Positions 1 to 12,604 of a stretch of DNA of 64,000 nt are shown here, piece by piece (position 1 is the stretch's first letter; the number at the start of each line of letters is the position of its first letter). Where the stretch lies: the NCBI GenBank assembly GCA_051294905.1, contig CM119371.1, positions 28,460,001-28,524,000 on the forward strand, given 5' to 3'. Under the pieces are notes generated by a model that ran no database searches, was not told the origin of the DNA, and was given only the letters and a program-made list of their open reading frames with translations. Source of the stretch: Botryllus schlosseri (Eukaryota). Both the position numbers and the translations under genes were made by a program.

Positions 1-1
1 A

Positions 2-844
2 GGAGCGGCGAAAGATCACGAGTGTCAAATATGCGGGAAAGGTTTCGAAATAAAATCGAACCTGGAAAAACATTATTTGATTCACACCGGAGAAAAAGAA
101 CACAAGTGCGACATCTGTGGGAAAGCTTTTCGTAGGAAGTCGCACATTAGGGAGCACATGAAGAGGATACACTCAAATACGAGAGAATATGAGTGCGATA
201 TATGCGGGGAAGCTTTTGTGCACGAGTCTCACCTGAAATATCACTATTCCGTCCACATGGGACCAGGATACCTTTGTGAAGTATGTGGGAAACCGTTTGT
301 TATCGAATCCAAGATGAGAAGACACATGAATAGTATGCACTTCAGATTGAAAGAGTTTGAGTGCGACATATGTGCGAGACCATTCGCCGCGAAATCCGTC
401 ATGAGAAGACACATGAAACTTCACGCCGGATTGAAGGAGTGTGAATGTGAGATTTGTGGTAAAGCATTCCATTCGAAGTGGCACGCACAGAGACACACAG
501 CGTCGGCTCACTTAGAAGCGAAAGGATATGAGTGCGACACATGCGGCAGTGTCTTTCGACATAAGTCTAACCTCGGAGCTCACTATTTCATCCACATGGA
601 AAAGAAGTACCCGTGTGCAATCTGTGGGAAACTATTCAATGTCAAATCCTCATTGAAAAAACACACCAAGATTCACTTGGGAGTAAAAGACTATGAGTGC
701 GAGATTTGCGGAAAGACATTTGGTTCAAGGAGTTGTATTGTCCGTCACTTCCGAGTTCACGGAATCGACAGGAAGAAAGGATGCGATGAGTCCGTAAAAC
801 ATTTCAGAGGCGGGTCTCTTAAAAAAAATCACTTATCTAGATGA
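2..844 (+). CDS. Tandem C2H2 zinc-finger protein, copy 1 (5'-truncated by the window edge; 9 fingers visible)
   Basis: The frame is open from base 2 (GAAKDHECQICGKGF...) with repeated CxxC-x12-HxxxH motifs and HTGEK-like linkers, ending at TGA 842-844. It is highly similar to 7618-8460. Confidence 0.93.
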   Translation, partial: GAAKDHECQICGKGFEIKSNLEKHYLIHTGEKEHKCDICGKAFRRKSHIREHMKRIHSNTREYECDICGEAFVHESHLKYHYSVHMGPGYLCEVCGKPFVIESKMRRHMNSMHFRLKEFECDICARPFAAKSVMRRHMKLHAGLKECECEICGKAFHSKWHAQRHTASAHLEAKGYECDTCGSVFRHKSNLGAHYFIHMEKKYPCAICGKLFNVKSSLKKHTKIHLGVKDYECEICGKTFGSRSCIVRHFRVHGIDRKKGCDESVKHFRGGSLKKNHLSR

Positions 845-1177
845 CATGGTCCTAGACAATTGAATTAGTCACATTCAGTCGACTGAAATTGGAATCTGAC
901 AGAACTACAATGACCGTGTTCTTTTCAAACGTACATTGGGGATTAGCCTACATGATATTAACAATAGCAATGGAATTCCACGCTCACGCTCGCTGATAGT
1001 CAGTAAGCGTTGCTTATGAGGATTTATCGACGATTCGTGCTTCTAGTTGTTTTTCCTATTTGTGATTCAGAACCATTCCGCATCGTCAGACTTTACAAAC
1101 TACTTGATTTTCAAATAGCGCAACCAAAACTAGAACTACTCGCTTTTCAAAACCCGCAACTAGAATTAGAACTAACG

Positions 1178-2093
1178 AGGGGTGGTGTGAACCTCAGAAA
1201 GGTTCTGGTTCGTGTGAACGCGAACCTTTTTGAAAGGTTCTGTGTGAACGAAAACGTGAACCTCATGACGTCACGTGACGTCATATTGCTAATTCCAACC
1301 CTACATTTCAGTGAGAGTCTACCTAGCGACGACTCGGGCCACATAGTGCCACAATGGTGAAGTAAGTATTGACGTTTCAATCGTCGCCAAATGTATCAAC
1401 TGGAACAATCAAATGATATAATAATCCCATAAAATCGATCTCTTCCGTCGATTTGCCAACAATCTCGACGAGGACTTGCCAGGGAATATAAGCTTACGCC
1501 TTGACGGTATAGAGGTCAGACCGGACTATGAATTCGGCGTATGAGTATTGCTACGTTGATATTGAGCGGAGTGTCAAATGATTTTGCTATCGATATTGCC
1601 CCATTAACAAGTTATACAGCAGTAGCCAACTCCACATTCGTTCGTAGCCAACATATGAAATCAAGATTGACTCCATACGCCTACCAGATTTTTTACATCC
1701 AACAACGATGTCAATTTCATTGATTGATTGAATAAGAGTCATTCACTGACTACCTACAAGCAGTGTATTTCGCTCTTGATGTTGTGTGATTGCGAGTCAA
1801 GCTCACATCAGAGAGTCACTTAATATTCGAGCAAACTTTTGAAACAAAATAAGAAAATTTTTTGAGATTGTTTACTGTAAAATTTTTTATGCTGCCCGCG
1901 CCAGGCAGATAGTGGTCCGCAATTGAAATGCAATAAATTGCAACCAAAGATGGTATAATGAAGTGAAAATTGTAATATATGAAAAAGGTTCACAGTGCAG
2001 AACCTACCAAGGTTCGTTTGTGAACGTGAACCTCTGAATTTCTGAGGTTCACACACAGAACACGAACGTGAACCTCACGTTCACACCATCCCG
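1178..2093. mobile_element. Non-autonomous TIR element (GTGAAC-rich subterminal repeats), inverted paralog of 22159-23120
   Basis: Ends GGGGTGGTGTGAAC...GTTCACACCATCCC; internal sequence aligns inverted to 22159-23120. Confidence 0.8.
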
Positions 2094-2815
2094 AGTAACG
2101 ACCATTAAAATCTCCAACTATACTAAAACACAACTATTAAATAGATCAGTGTTTCTTGGCCGGTGTTTCCGGGCGCACGATGTAAGTAATGTATCAAGTG
2201 TGTAGTTATTCAGTAATGTGGTAGACTTTTGTTTTTGTGACTCACTGAAAGCTAGGCGTCCCCCGAAGGCTTGTAGATTAGCGTGGGGCAGACCTGGGCA
2301 TTTTACTGCCCGCGGGCCAAATACGGACCCCGAAAAGTTGCTTCGAATTTTGAATTATATATTTGAATGTGTACTAAAACAAGTGCTGTACACAAATTGA
2401 ACCGCAATTGCGTTTACTTTAAAGGCTGTTTAATGCTTATTTGTTCACCGTGGTTAAGTAGCAGTAACCTAAGTTCGTCGTATGCGTAATCTATATTTAA
2501 AAAGTATTTCGATACGACATGCGTAAATTTAAGTCTGGATTATGACATATAAGTGTGCAGTTACTCGGCTGAGGCTCCGAGAAGTCGAATTAGGAAAACC
2601 TGCCAGTGAAACCACCAAAACAACAGAACCATATTACCACGCTACACACCGCTCGGGATATTGACCAAACTGTAACATTCTATACATTTTGGTGTCTTAA
2701 TTTAATAGAATGAAGTGTCTGGGGGTTGGTGTGATTAAAAACAGTTAACAATGTTTCTTGTTTACCATTGTTTCGAATAATTACGTGGCGTAAACAATAA
2801 CACATCTACCTAGAT

Positions 2816-3312
2816 CAGTGGTTGCCAACCTTTTTGTCTTCATTCCCCACTTCAGATTTATTCCGAGTCTTCATTCCCAACTACCCTAAACTATCGTCGT
2901 ATTTCCTTTCAACTATTGTCATTACGGGGCAGATATTTGTTTGTTTGAGTACACAAGACCCACAAACACACCAGTACGCAAGACAATTGCCTATAACTGC
3001 AACATAAAACCTATTGTGAACAGATACCGGTAACCCTCAAATTTCAGCGAATTCTTTATTACACGTCATACTGGTCGTGCTCGATGCGTTTGTGACGCCA
3101 TCATTGGTTATCCAGAGTCAATATGAGTTTTTGTGAACAACACGCAATACAACTTTCGATATACATACATTCCAGAGCAGTTAACTGGTAACGGTAATCG
3201 TTCATGTGTCTCCATAAATATGTAGAGTGTAGACCATCCTGCATATAATGTAAACAAATGCGTCTATTCCCCACCAGAAACCATTCAGTTCCCCACCGTT
3301 TGGGAACCACTG
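2816..3312. mobile_element. Charlie/Buster-like MITE
   Basis: Ends CAGTGGTTGCCAAC...TTTGGGAACCACTG; absent from the paralogous site near 11308; no clean TSD. Confidence 0.65.
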
Positions 3313-3878
3313 GGTTGTAACCGAGTCACAAAACTTCGAGTAATAAGTCAATCTCACTTATATAGTTTTGACTCGAGTCAAGTCGAGTCAATTCCAAGTC
3401 ACCACCGAGTCAAGTCCGAGTCCAAGTCACGGAGTAGCATGTTGAGTCCGAATCATAGTGTTTTGACTCGAGTCCGAGTCCAAGTCATTGTGTTGACCGT
3501 TCAGTTCCGAGTTAATGTTACATGAAACCAACTTTTTACAACTCTGCTCGGTGATATCGAATGCTTCGCGTTCATAATATACCAATTTTCTTCACTTTTA
3601 ACGGTTTCTGGTGACATTTTCAAGTACCGGTACTGATAGACCAACAAATATTAGTGTAATAACTTCACTATTCTTCAAAAGTACAATTAAATGCCTGTCT
3701 CGGTAGGCCCAGTCTCGAGTCATATGACTTGGTCCAAGTCATGCGCAATGACTCGAGTACAAGTCCAGTCAATACACAAATTGACTCGAGTCGAGTCATT
3801 TTTTATTTTCAAGAAAATGACTCGAGTCAAGTCGAGTCGAGTCACCAAAAAATCGCGACTCGAGTCATTACAACCCTG
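3310..3878. mobile_element. GACTCGAGTC-rich MITE family (also 23400-23759, 45087-45598, partial 49557-49700)
   Basis: TIR GGGTTGTAA...TTACAACCCTG with arrays of GAGTC/GACTC; internal sequence is shared with the other copies. Confidence 0.8.
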
Positions 3879-6800
3879 CTGTACCACCATTCTATCGCCT
3901 ACATGCTATCCGTGCACGCTCAGCGCCTGGCGGAATAGCCGCAGATCCCAGTTTCCGAGTTTTCTGACCGGGCCAAGAAGCCGGACGCATCACCATTATG
4001 TTATCTCGCTCGGAAGAGACATTACAAAACGGCAAACAAATTGGCCGAACAAAGATTAGTCACAATTGTCAACTCGAAAATGAGGGTGTAACAGCGCTCA
4101 TCGTGAAAAGAATCAAATTGGGAACATCCACGTTGCATTACACGGATTACACCAGTGGTTCTTAACCGACCTACCACGGAGCACTAGGGGGTGCCATGAG
4201 TCAGTCTCGGAGGTTCCGCAGAGGGCTAGATACACGCTCAAATTTCGAATATGATTTGTGATGATACGCATATCTTGACCATTATTGGTTGCATGCCCGA
4301 TCTGTAGCCGAATTGTGACTGTTGTTGTGGTAGTAAGTACGTCGTATGCTGTGACGTGCGCAGAGGAGGTTGAGGTTTGTATTCGAAACCCAGAACTTCT
4401 GAAATACCAATGTTATCTCAAATTTTTATAAGCTTATTTGAAATGAAACAGTTGGTATCTCCATCTCAGTGTTGCGTTTCGGCCAAACAATACGATGTCA
4501 CTTTGCAAGGCGGATTACCACCGCATATTAAAATTGGTATCTGAAGGGGAACCGCAGAAATCGCACTGATTTAAATATTGGGAAATATTGATCAATGGCT
4601 GCGAACGCGCACCGACAGTGTTACGTAGGAACAGGAAATGGTTGGCATAAATATACAATCGATTGGTGCAGCGCTGGCGTCGCGGTATATGAGAAGATCT
4701 CATGTGAGGTTTGTCGCATAGAGTGGATATAATTCAAAGCTGCAGTTTGATTTGCGCATTAAAATCAATAAATCATGTAAGACGTGACTTACGAAAAGAT
4801 ACAGGAGTAAGGAAATGGATACCGCAGCACGTCGCATGGTTTTCTTACGCAGTGGCACTTCAAAGGATATTATTCATTCCTGGCGGGTGGGATAACTTTG
4901 TCATACTAATCAGTCGCTTAAGCAGTTGGCTAGCGTTGTCGAGTCGCAAGAGCAGTAGTGTCGTGAGTGCTTGGATATTATTTATCTCGTGCTCAATTCT
5001 CAGGGCATTACAGTCGTTATGCTCTACTGATTATAATCCTGCATCATTCATGTCTAGTTCAAATTTCAAATTTGTGATTGAGGAGTTGAATTCCAAATGC
5101 TATATTACTAGGAGTTACAATTACTGCCGTTGCAATACTAGCAGCATAAATCGATGTACAATGTCATAATTTTCCATAGTCTACATACAGATCCGCAGAT
5201 GTAGAGCAATAAACAGCTATTTATAATGTTTATGCAGTATGCTGATTTCATGACATGGGCTCTTGTAAATGACATTCAACGGTAATTTATCTCGGCCATC
5301 GGAACAAAAGCCTCTATAGATGTAATAAGTCCCACCCTGGCCAATGATTTATCTGTGATAATAATATGGTAATGATCAATGTCCAATTGTCCATGATCGA
5401 ATGAGTTACTCTGTTGGCTGATCCATGTGAATGGTGTAGGGATTTAAGTCACCCATTTAGTCAATCAGAGCTTGTTATTTAAAACTGCTGGTATATCTTG
5501 ACAATTGCGAGTTCGTATGAAAACCGTGTATACAAATTGAGCCAACCTAGACCATGTTCAGATGTGGTTAATAATGAAATCCGTTAAGATTAGTGAATTA
5601 GCATATTCACTTGTTGTTCACTTTCACTATAGTAGCCCACTCGCGTGCTCAAGTTTATATGGAATATTCCCCCTCCACTTCCAACAGTTTTCAAACAAAT
5701 TCACCTATGTTTCGTCTTGTTGATGAAGCTTTCGTGTAGAAAATAGTATTTCGGTAGATTAGCACCACCGTCACGAGAGTAATTGCATAACAACCATGCG
5801 ATGTAGAGTCTGTGTGATCACATCGAATTGTTTGAAAACGGAAGCAATTTCCATGGTCATTAGTCCAGATGTGGTGAAAGTAGTCACCGCCGCTACCTCA
5901 AGTAGAGGTATAAGCAACGCCGTGAATTTTTACTGAAGTTTAAGACAAGTATTCTATAAAATAACCTCGATTTACCGCGGAATGTTTTGAAGCACGGTAG
6001 CAAGACATTTTGTGGTAATGTAACATTACCGTTAAGTAAATGTAAATTTAACTTACACTCGTCCGGTATCTCACTTTACACGCCAGACTGTAATGTTACA
6101 GTCACCTCCGGTATATCCAATCTACAAGCTCTCCTGTATATTTGCGACCGATACTGTAATTTTACCGCTTATCTACAACATGATGTCCGTGTAAATCAGG
6201 ATTACATACGAGCTTGCAAATTCACGTACATCCATACCAATCGCAAAGCAACGTGATGCTAAAATATCGCAAAAATTTCTTCACACTCCCAAAACGACAT
6301 TGGAAAAAACTGTAAATTCATTCATGATTCACGAAGAAATGGTTATCGATGGAAAAGTATTGCTGCTGGAGGTCTAATTCTTCTTTAGGAGACATGCAGT
6401 AGGCTGACACGAGTGGTCTCGAGAAAAGTTGAATTAATATAATATAAATAATTCCACCACCGGACAAACTGCCAATTGTTTCTTTTTCTCGTCTTTATTC
6501 CTTCTGTGTAAATAGTTTTGCCTAGAAAACTGAAAACTGTCTACCTCTCGCAGATGCAGAAATAGCCTAAAATGATAACCACATTAGGAAGCAGTGCAGG
6601 TAGGCAGATTCTACTTGAAGCACATCAAATGTAAAAACACTTCGTTACTGCCTACCTATGCATTAGTCATTCTGCGCTGATCGTGAAGATGCATCTATAC
6701 CTTCAGACTACGTACTTGAGTATACTTGACCGCATGTGGCTCTGTTCTATCGAATAGTGATCTTGTCATTTGTTGTTAATATTGTTTGTATATGCTCATT

Positions 6801-7173
6801 TACACCATGCCAATTTCCCTCATTTTAATTCAGTAACTGCCTACTTGTAGCACGGCATACTTCTAGACTTTTATAGCACACCGCTTACACTGATGGAATG
6901 GCGACGAGGAGTCAAAATAAAGCTCCAACACTCGGTTAGAAATTCTGGAGTCGACCTCGGTCGGATTCGAACCCGCAATGCATTGGTGTTTGAAATGTGG
7001 GTTATAGCACTACGATATCTTGCTACCTATTGTGATCTTATGTGACTTTGAAAAGAGACCTTTCATGCAATCTTATGTTCATTTTAGAACGCAGCATTAG
7101 ACAAGATTATACACTATATATTAAATTATAGAAGCAGAACAGCTAGTAACAAGATTTTCTGGCCAAGTCGGAA

Positions 7174-8394
7174 ATGACGCATTCTCAAAGTCATAATGAC
7201 CGAAACGAAAATAAATGCAAGGTTTGCGGAGAAGGATTCATCAACCGGTCTAGCTTGGGACTACACATGAAATTTCACGCTGCACTCAGCGACTTTGAGT
7301 GCTACATATGCGGAAAATCATTCGTCACCAAATATCGCGTGAGAATGCACATGAAAATTCACTCCGTTTCGAAAGAGTTTGAGTGCGACGTATGTGGAAA
7401 AAGCTATTTGCAAAAGTCTGGCCTGAAAACTCATTTTACGTGCCACACGGGAAAGAAAGACTATAAGTGCGACATATGCGGAAAGCCATTCAGCAGCAAC
7501 TCCAAAATGAGAGGACACGAAAAAATTCATTCCGCAGCAAAACAGTTTGAGTGCGAAATCTGCGGGTATGGCTTCGTAAGTAAGTCTAAATTTAGGGCGC
7601 ATTATTTGCGTCATACAGGAGCGGCGAAAGATCACGAGTGTCAAATATGCGGGAAAGGTTTCGAAATAAAATCGAAACTGGAAATTCATTATTTGATTCA
7701 CACCGGAGAAAAAGAACACAAGTGCGACATCTGTGGGAAAGCTTTTCGTAAGAAGTCGCACATTAGGGAACACATGAAAAGGATACACTTAAATACGAGA
7801 GAATATGAGTGCGATATATGCGGGGAAGCTTTTGTGCACGGGTGTCACCTGAAATATCATTATTCCGTCCACATGGGACCAGGATACCTTTGTGAAGTAT
7901 GTGGGAAACCATTTGTTATCAAATCCATGATGAGAAGACACATGAATAATATGCACTTCGGATTGAAAGAGTTTGAGTGCGACATATGTGCGAGACCATT
8001 CGCCGAGAAATCCAACATAGGAAGACACATGAAACTTCACACCGGATTGAAGGAGTGTGAGTGTGAGATTTGTGGTAAAGCATTCCATTCGAAGTGGTCC
8101 GCAAAGAGACACACTGAGTCGGCTCACTTAGAAGCGAAAGGATATGAGTGCGACACATGCGGCAGTGTCTTTCGACATAAGTCTAACCTCGGAGCTCACT
8201 ATTTCACCCACATGGAAAAGAAGTATCCGTGTGCAATATGTGGGAAACTATTCAATGTCAAATCCATCTTGAAAAAACACAGCAAGATTCACTTGGGAGT
8301 AAAAGACTATGAGTGCGAGATTTGCGGAAGGACATTTCGTTCCAAGAGTGATGTTGTACGTCACTTCCGAGTTCACGGAATCGACAGGAAATAA
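7174..8394 (+). CDS. Tandem C2H2 zinc-finger protein, copy 2 (406 aa, 14 fingers, no recognisable effector domain)
   Basis: Single ORF with 14 CxxC...HxxxH fingers. Candidate acceptor ttcattttag ends at 7087, and a possible 5'UTR exon lies at 6554-6599 (ctcgcag|...cag|gtagg). Confidence 0.93.
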   Translation: MTHSQSHNDRNENKCKVCGEGFINRSSLGLHMKFHAALSDFECYICGKSFVTKYRVRMHMKIHSVSKEFECDVCGKSYLQKSGLKTHFTCHTGKKDYKCDICGKPFSSNSKMRGHEKIHSAAKQFECEICGYGFVSKSKFRAHYLRHTGAAKDHECQICGKGFEIKSKLEIHYLIHTGEKEHKCDICGKAFRKKSHIREHMKRIHLNTREYECDICGEAFVHGCHLKYHYSVHMGPGYLCEVCGKPFVIKSMMRRHMNNMHFGLKEFECDICARPFAEKSNIGRHMKLHTGLKECECEICGKAFHSKWSAKRHTESAHLEAKGYECDTCGSVFRHKSNLGAHYFTHMEKKYPCAICGKLFNVKSILKKHSKIHLGVKDYECEICGRTFRSKSDVVRHFRVHGIDRK

Positions 8395-9721
8395 GGATGC
8401 GATCAGTCCGTAAAACAACTCAGAGGCGGGTCTCTTAAAAAGAAATCACTTATCTAGATGACCTGATCCTAGACAATTGAAACAGTCACATTCAGACGAC
8501 TGAAATTGGAATCTAACGGGACTAAAATGACCGTGTTCTTTTCAAATGTACATTGAGAATTAGCCTACATGATATTAACAAGAGCGTTGCTCATGTGGGT
8601 GGATTTATCGACGATTGTTGGATTGGATTGGATTTATCGTAATTGTTTTTCCCCTTTGTGATTCTGAGCCATTCCGTATCGTCAGACTTGTACAAACTAC
8701 TTGATTTTCAAATAGCGCAACTAAAACTAGAACTATATAGCGCGGTCTGTCGTGGGCGCGCGTTCGTCTAGGTCTGCGTCTCGGTAGGACATAGACACGT
8801 CAGCATTACTCTTTCATTAGAACAACTTAAAACACTTCGATGTTCGTCGGACGGTGACTAAGAGCGACTGCTCCTCGGACGTTGACTGAAAAGCGACAGA
8901 CATCGGAATGCAACACAACAGATATGCGATCATGCGAATCAGCGCGGGTAATAGTAATCAATCGGGGCAATCAGGGTTGAGTGATACGCCACAATGCCCC
9001 CCCCCCCTGGTTGATAAAAGCTTCAGGATATTATGGACACTGCAGTCAACAATTAAACTACCAAGTTAAGGACTCCATCAGCATGACGCGGTAGTGATTA
9101 CACACTAAGATTCGAACACGACGAACTACCAAAGTGATGTGGGTGTGGTGGTAAAGCTATAAATGACAAAATGGTGCGTTTAGTGACAAAGATGCACTTA
9201 AAATGTGAAAAGCTCACCAATTGACACTGAAATACATTACATATACACATACGAGAATAGGCATAGAGTGTCTGAGAATGAATAGATATTTCACAGTAAC
9301 ATCTGAAACTATACTAATATTATCGACAAAATTCATTCACGAGGTTGAAAAACCCATCTGAATTAATAACTCCCATCGGTCGTATAAAATCAGAATCTAC
9401 TCGCGTACCACCTGGAAGATCTTCGCGTACCACGGGTTGGGAACCACTGCTTTAAAGGCTTTTTAGTGCTTATTTGTTCACCGTGGTTAAGTAGCAGTAG
9501 CAGTTCGTCGTATGCGTAATCTATGTTCAAAATAAATTCGATATGACATGGGTAACTTTAAGTCTGGATTTGTGACATATAAGCACGCAGTTACTCGGCT
9601 GAAGCTCTGAGAAGTCGAATTAGGAAAACCTGCCAGTGAAACTACCAAAACAACAGGACCATATTACCACGCTACACGCCGCTCGGGATAGTGAGAGTGA
9701 CCAAGCTGTAACATTCTATGC

Positions 9722-11228
9722 CAGTGCTCTTCAATTTGCAAACGGTGTACCACTCGGATGGGGTGTACAGGGGTGTACCAGATCCGAATTACAATGAGCC
9801 GATGGCTAGCTATCAATCACAATTCACAAAGGCAGGTTTATAGGTCAGTACAGGTTGACGCACAGGTTAATGAGCAATATGCCAATATGGTACGATGTTA
9901 TCTCAAGTGTAATACTGTACACCGCTTGATTGTGATGTCATATAAGCAAATATTTCCCCTATTCATTTAGCCGTCGGCAATAGACCAATCGTTCCGTTTG
10001 GTGTTGGAAAGTATGCAGTTAACAAACATGTGTTCAGCTAGTCATTTGTATTTTAGTGATTTTGGAGGAAACCGCCGCGATAGCTCAGACGGTCCTTGGA
10101 CATATGAGCATGCGACATTACAGCATGCGAGACTTCGGCATGCGACAATTTGGCATGCGACACGTGAGCATGTGGGTTAAATTACGGGTTAGGGGTAGGT
10201 TAGGGTTGGATTTATGGTTGGGTTAGGGTTAGGCCTTAGGTTAGGTTAGGTTAGGCTATGTTTCGGGTTAGGGTAAGTTTTTGGGTTATACAGTCACATG
10301 CTGAAGTGACGCATGCTGATGTGTTCCATGCTGAACTGTCGTTTTCCATTGTGTCGCATGCTCATATGTCGGGCAACCAGCTCAGACTTCTTGAATCGGT
10401 ACTTCCTACCCGACGTTAATAAATACCGCAATGCACATAAATGAAGTGACGTAGCCAGCCAGGGTCGAAACAGCTTCCATGTTGAAATCGAAACCCTTTT
10501 GTTTTAAAATGCCGATTTTATGTCCAATATTTCGCCATACATTTGCAATTTAGTATTTTGTTATTAGTGATGCAAATTAGCGACAATAGACTGTGTATAC
10601 TGTATAGCGACATACGATCTGAGGTTACTGACATCTCCTGCGGCCCATGTGCTACTATCGACTGTGTGTGGTGTGGGGCAGGCCTGATATGCAGTAGGCT
10701 GGTGCGCCTGCTATCATCGCTGATCTGAATTACCGCTTCTGCAGCAGTAGCTTTACCTAGTCTCTCCCCAATACTGTTACATTTAGGTTGATTATCGTTC
10801 GTAATGTCATGCTGTTTTTGGGCTGACACGAAATAAATTCCAATTTACGTGGCGGGCGGCCTAACTGGCTGCGAATCGACTCTGTGACCAAATACTATTT
10901 TATTCAAATCCAAATTTTTTGACGGCAATAACTCCGTTTCTACTGGTTGGAATTGAACCAAATTTGAAGAACATCGTTTTTATAGACAACCTAATACTTT
11001 TATGGGGTGAACAGAAAAATTTCTTCTCCCGTAGCAATGCGGCTACTGGTTGGAATTGAACCAAATTTGGTGTGTAGGCTTGAGTTAGGTAACCTAACAA
11101 TTTTATCAAGTAGCCAGTACGATTTGAGAAAAAAAGTCATTTTTGAAGACCCCTAATGAACAGGGGTGTACGAGTTTTGAGCAAACGTTAAAAGGGTGTA
11201 CCACGTCGAAAAAGGTTGAAGAGCACTG
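9722..11228. mobile_element. hAT (Buster-type) non-autonomous element with nested insertions
   Basis: TIR CAGTGCTCTTCAA/TTGAAGAGCACTG and exact 8-bp TSD TTCTATGC; absent in ZNF duplicate 1. Confidence 0.9.
10091..10378. mobile_element. MULE-like MITE with a TTAGGG-like core
   Basis: Exact 9-bp TSD AGCTCAGAC; long TIRs (GACATATGAGCATGCGACA); central GGGTTA/GGTTA array at 10185-10290. Confidence 0.85.
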
Positions 11229-12074
11229 TTCTATGCAACAATGTGTCTTGTTTACCATTGTTTTTAGAATAATTACGTGGCATAAAAAGTAACACATCTA
11301 CCCAGATGCTTGTGTTAACAACGTAATTAAGTGTTCAATTTAGATATCACTAGAAATTATACACCGCCGTATAAAGTGCAAACTTATGACTTAGCTCGCT
11401 AACGTGTTTCCTGACTGTCATTCTCAAGTCACCGAAGGTTACCATCCGTACAAAACTAGATTTCAGTCTCCTAGGCAACACATTACTTTTTATTTTATCG
11501 GAAATATCAGACATTGAATCGACATTTCAAAATAACGAGGCTTTGAGTTTGAGATAGGAGGGACTCCGACCACAAAGAAACACCCGCTGGCTACGCATAC
11601 GCACTGACCTGCACAAACATCATTCAACAAAACACCGGTATCGCAATTCACGCAAAACGACGACACGCGTTTTCTATAGTCGTTCGGCAACTAATATTTT
11701 TTTCAAATGTGCTACTAGAACTACTGAATTTTCAAAATCCGCAACTAGAACTAGAACTATTTAAAAAACCGTTAGTTAGTTGACCATAACTAACTAAATG
11801 GGTAGTTCGTAGAAGACTGCCCCGCATATCGTATACATCGACCATCGGGTGCAATCCAGTATCCCGACGGCCAACCGACGACAGTCGACGACGAGCATGT
11901 CCGTCCACATTCAAGTCGAAATACAAGCATTGAAGCAATTACTACTAAATAAATACCAGTCAGTCCTCAAGATTACCGGACCACGACCTGACCTGGCTAT
12001 CGATCTCGCCTTCCATGACATGCCAGCCCATTTTAGTCGCTTGCTTTTTTCCATACCATCGTCTTTTTCATTCA

Positions 12075-12318
12075 GCGAGATAGTGTAATGGTTATGCGTC
12101 CAGCTTCTCGAGCGGTAGGTCGTGGGTTCGATCCCCGGCCGGGTCATACCAAAGACTCGAAAATTGGTATCCGCTCAGCAATCACGGATAGCATGGAGGA
12201 GAAAAAAACGGGGGGGGGGGCAGACTAAGATGACCTCATGGGGCCGTATCGCAACTCCGTCGTCAAAGCATCTCGATGGTGCAGGCGAAAAAGAATATCA
12301 TCTCTCTCTCTCTCTCTC
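12075..12318 (+). mobile_element. tRNA-derived SINE with (CT)n tail
   Basis: A box TAGTGTAATGG and B box GGTTCGATCCC, then GGTCATACCAAAGACT..AAAATTGGTA. The host repeat lacks it at 48120-48135. Confidence 0.8.
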
Positions 12319-12604
12319 AGTGTGCATGTGTAATTGTGCATGCCTCCATCTTTACATTGCCTAGGCTAGGCCAAGGTGAGTGTCTGATTCCTGAGACTAT
12401 ACTTCAAGTCGTTTCGACACCTTCCTATCTTTTCGTTGTATCGCTGTTGTGTGCTGTACTGATAACAGATAAAAAATTGCTAACAAATCGCAGGCTCACA
12501 CTACGTTTATTTCGAATGTATTGACACAATTCTGGCATAACTATAAAACATTGGTGATTGGCAGGTATCGAGAAAGAAATACTTACAGGTCGCATGGTGC
12601 AGAG

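Larger units (their letters stand above)
1..11308 (+). repeat. Tandem segmental duplication carrying the ZNF genes (1-2815 vs 7618-11308)
   Basis: Colinear blocks 1-1140/7618-8735, 2415-2685/9450-9720 and 2745-2815/11235-11308, interrupted by copy-specific transposon insertions. Confidence 0.85.

Noticed and set aside
4711..5169. 152-aa ORF upstream of ZNF copy 2
   Set aside because: It has a non-ATG start and no recognisable domain, and probably lies in a 5'UTR intron or intergenic DNA.
10185..10290. TTAGGG-like array as a telomere or fusion site
   Set aside because: It is degenerate, short and enclosed by the TIRs and 9-bp TSD of a MITE.
12075..12145. Functional tRNA gene
   Set aside because: There is no acceptor stem or poly-T terminator; it continues into a SINE body and (CT)n tail and is absent from the paralogous site.
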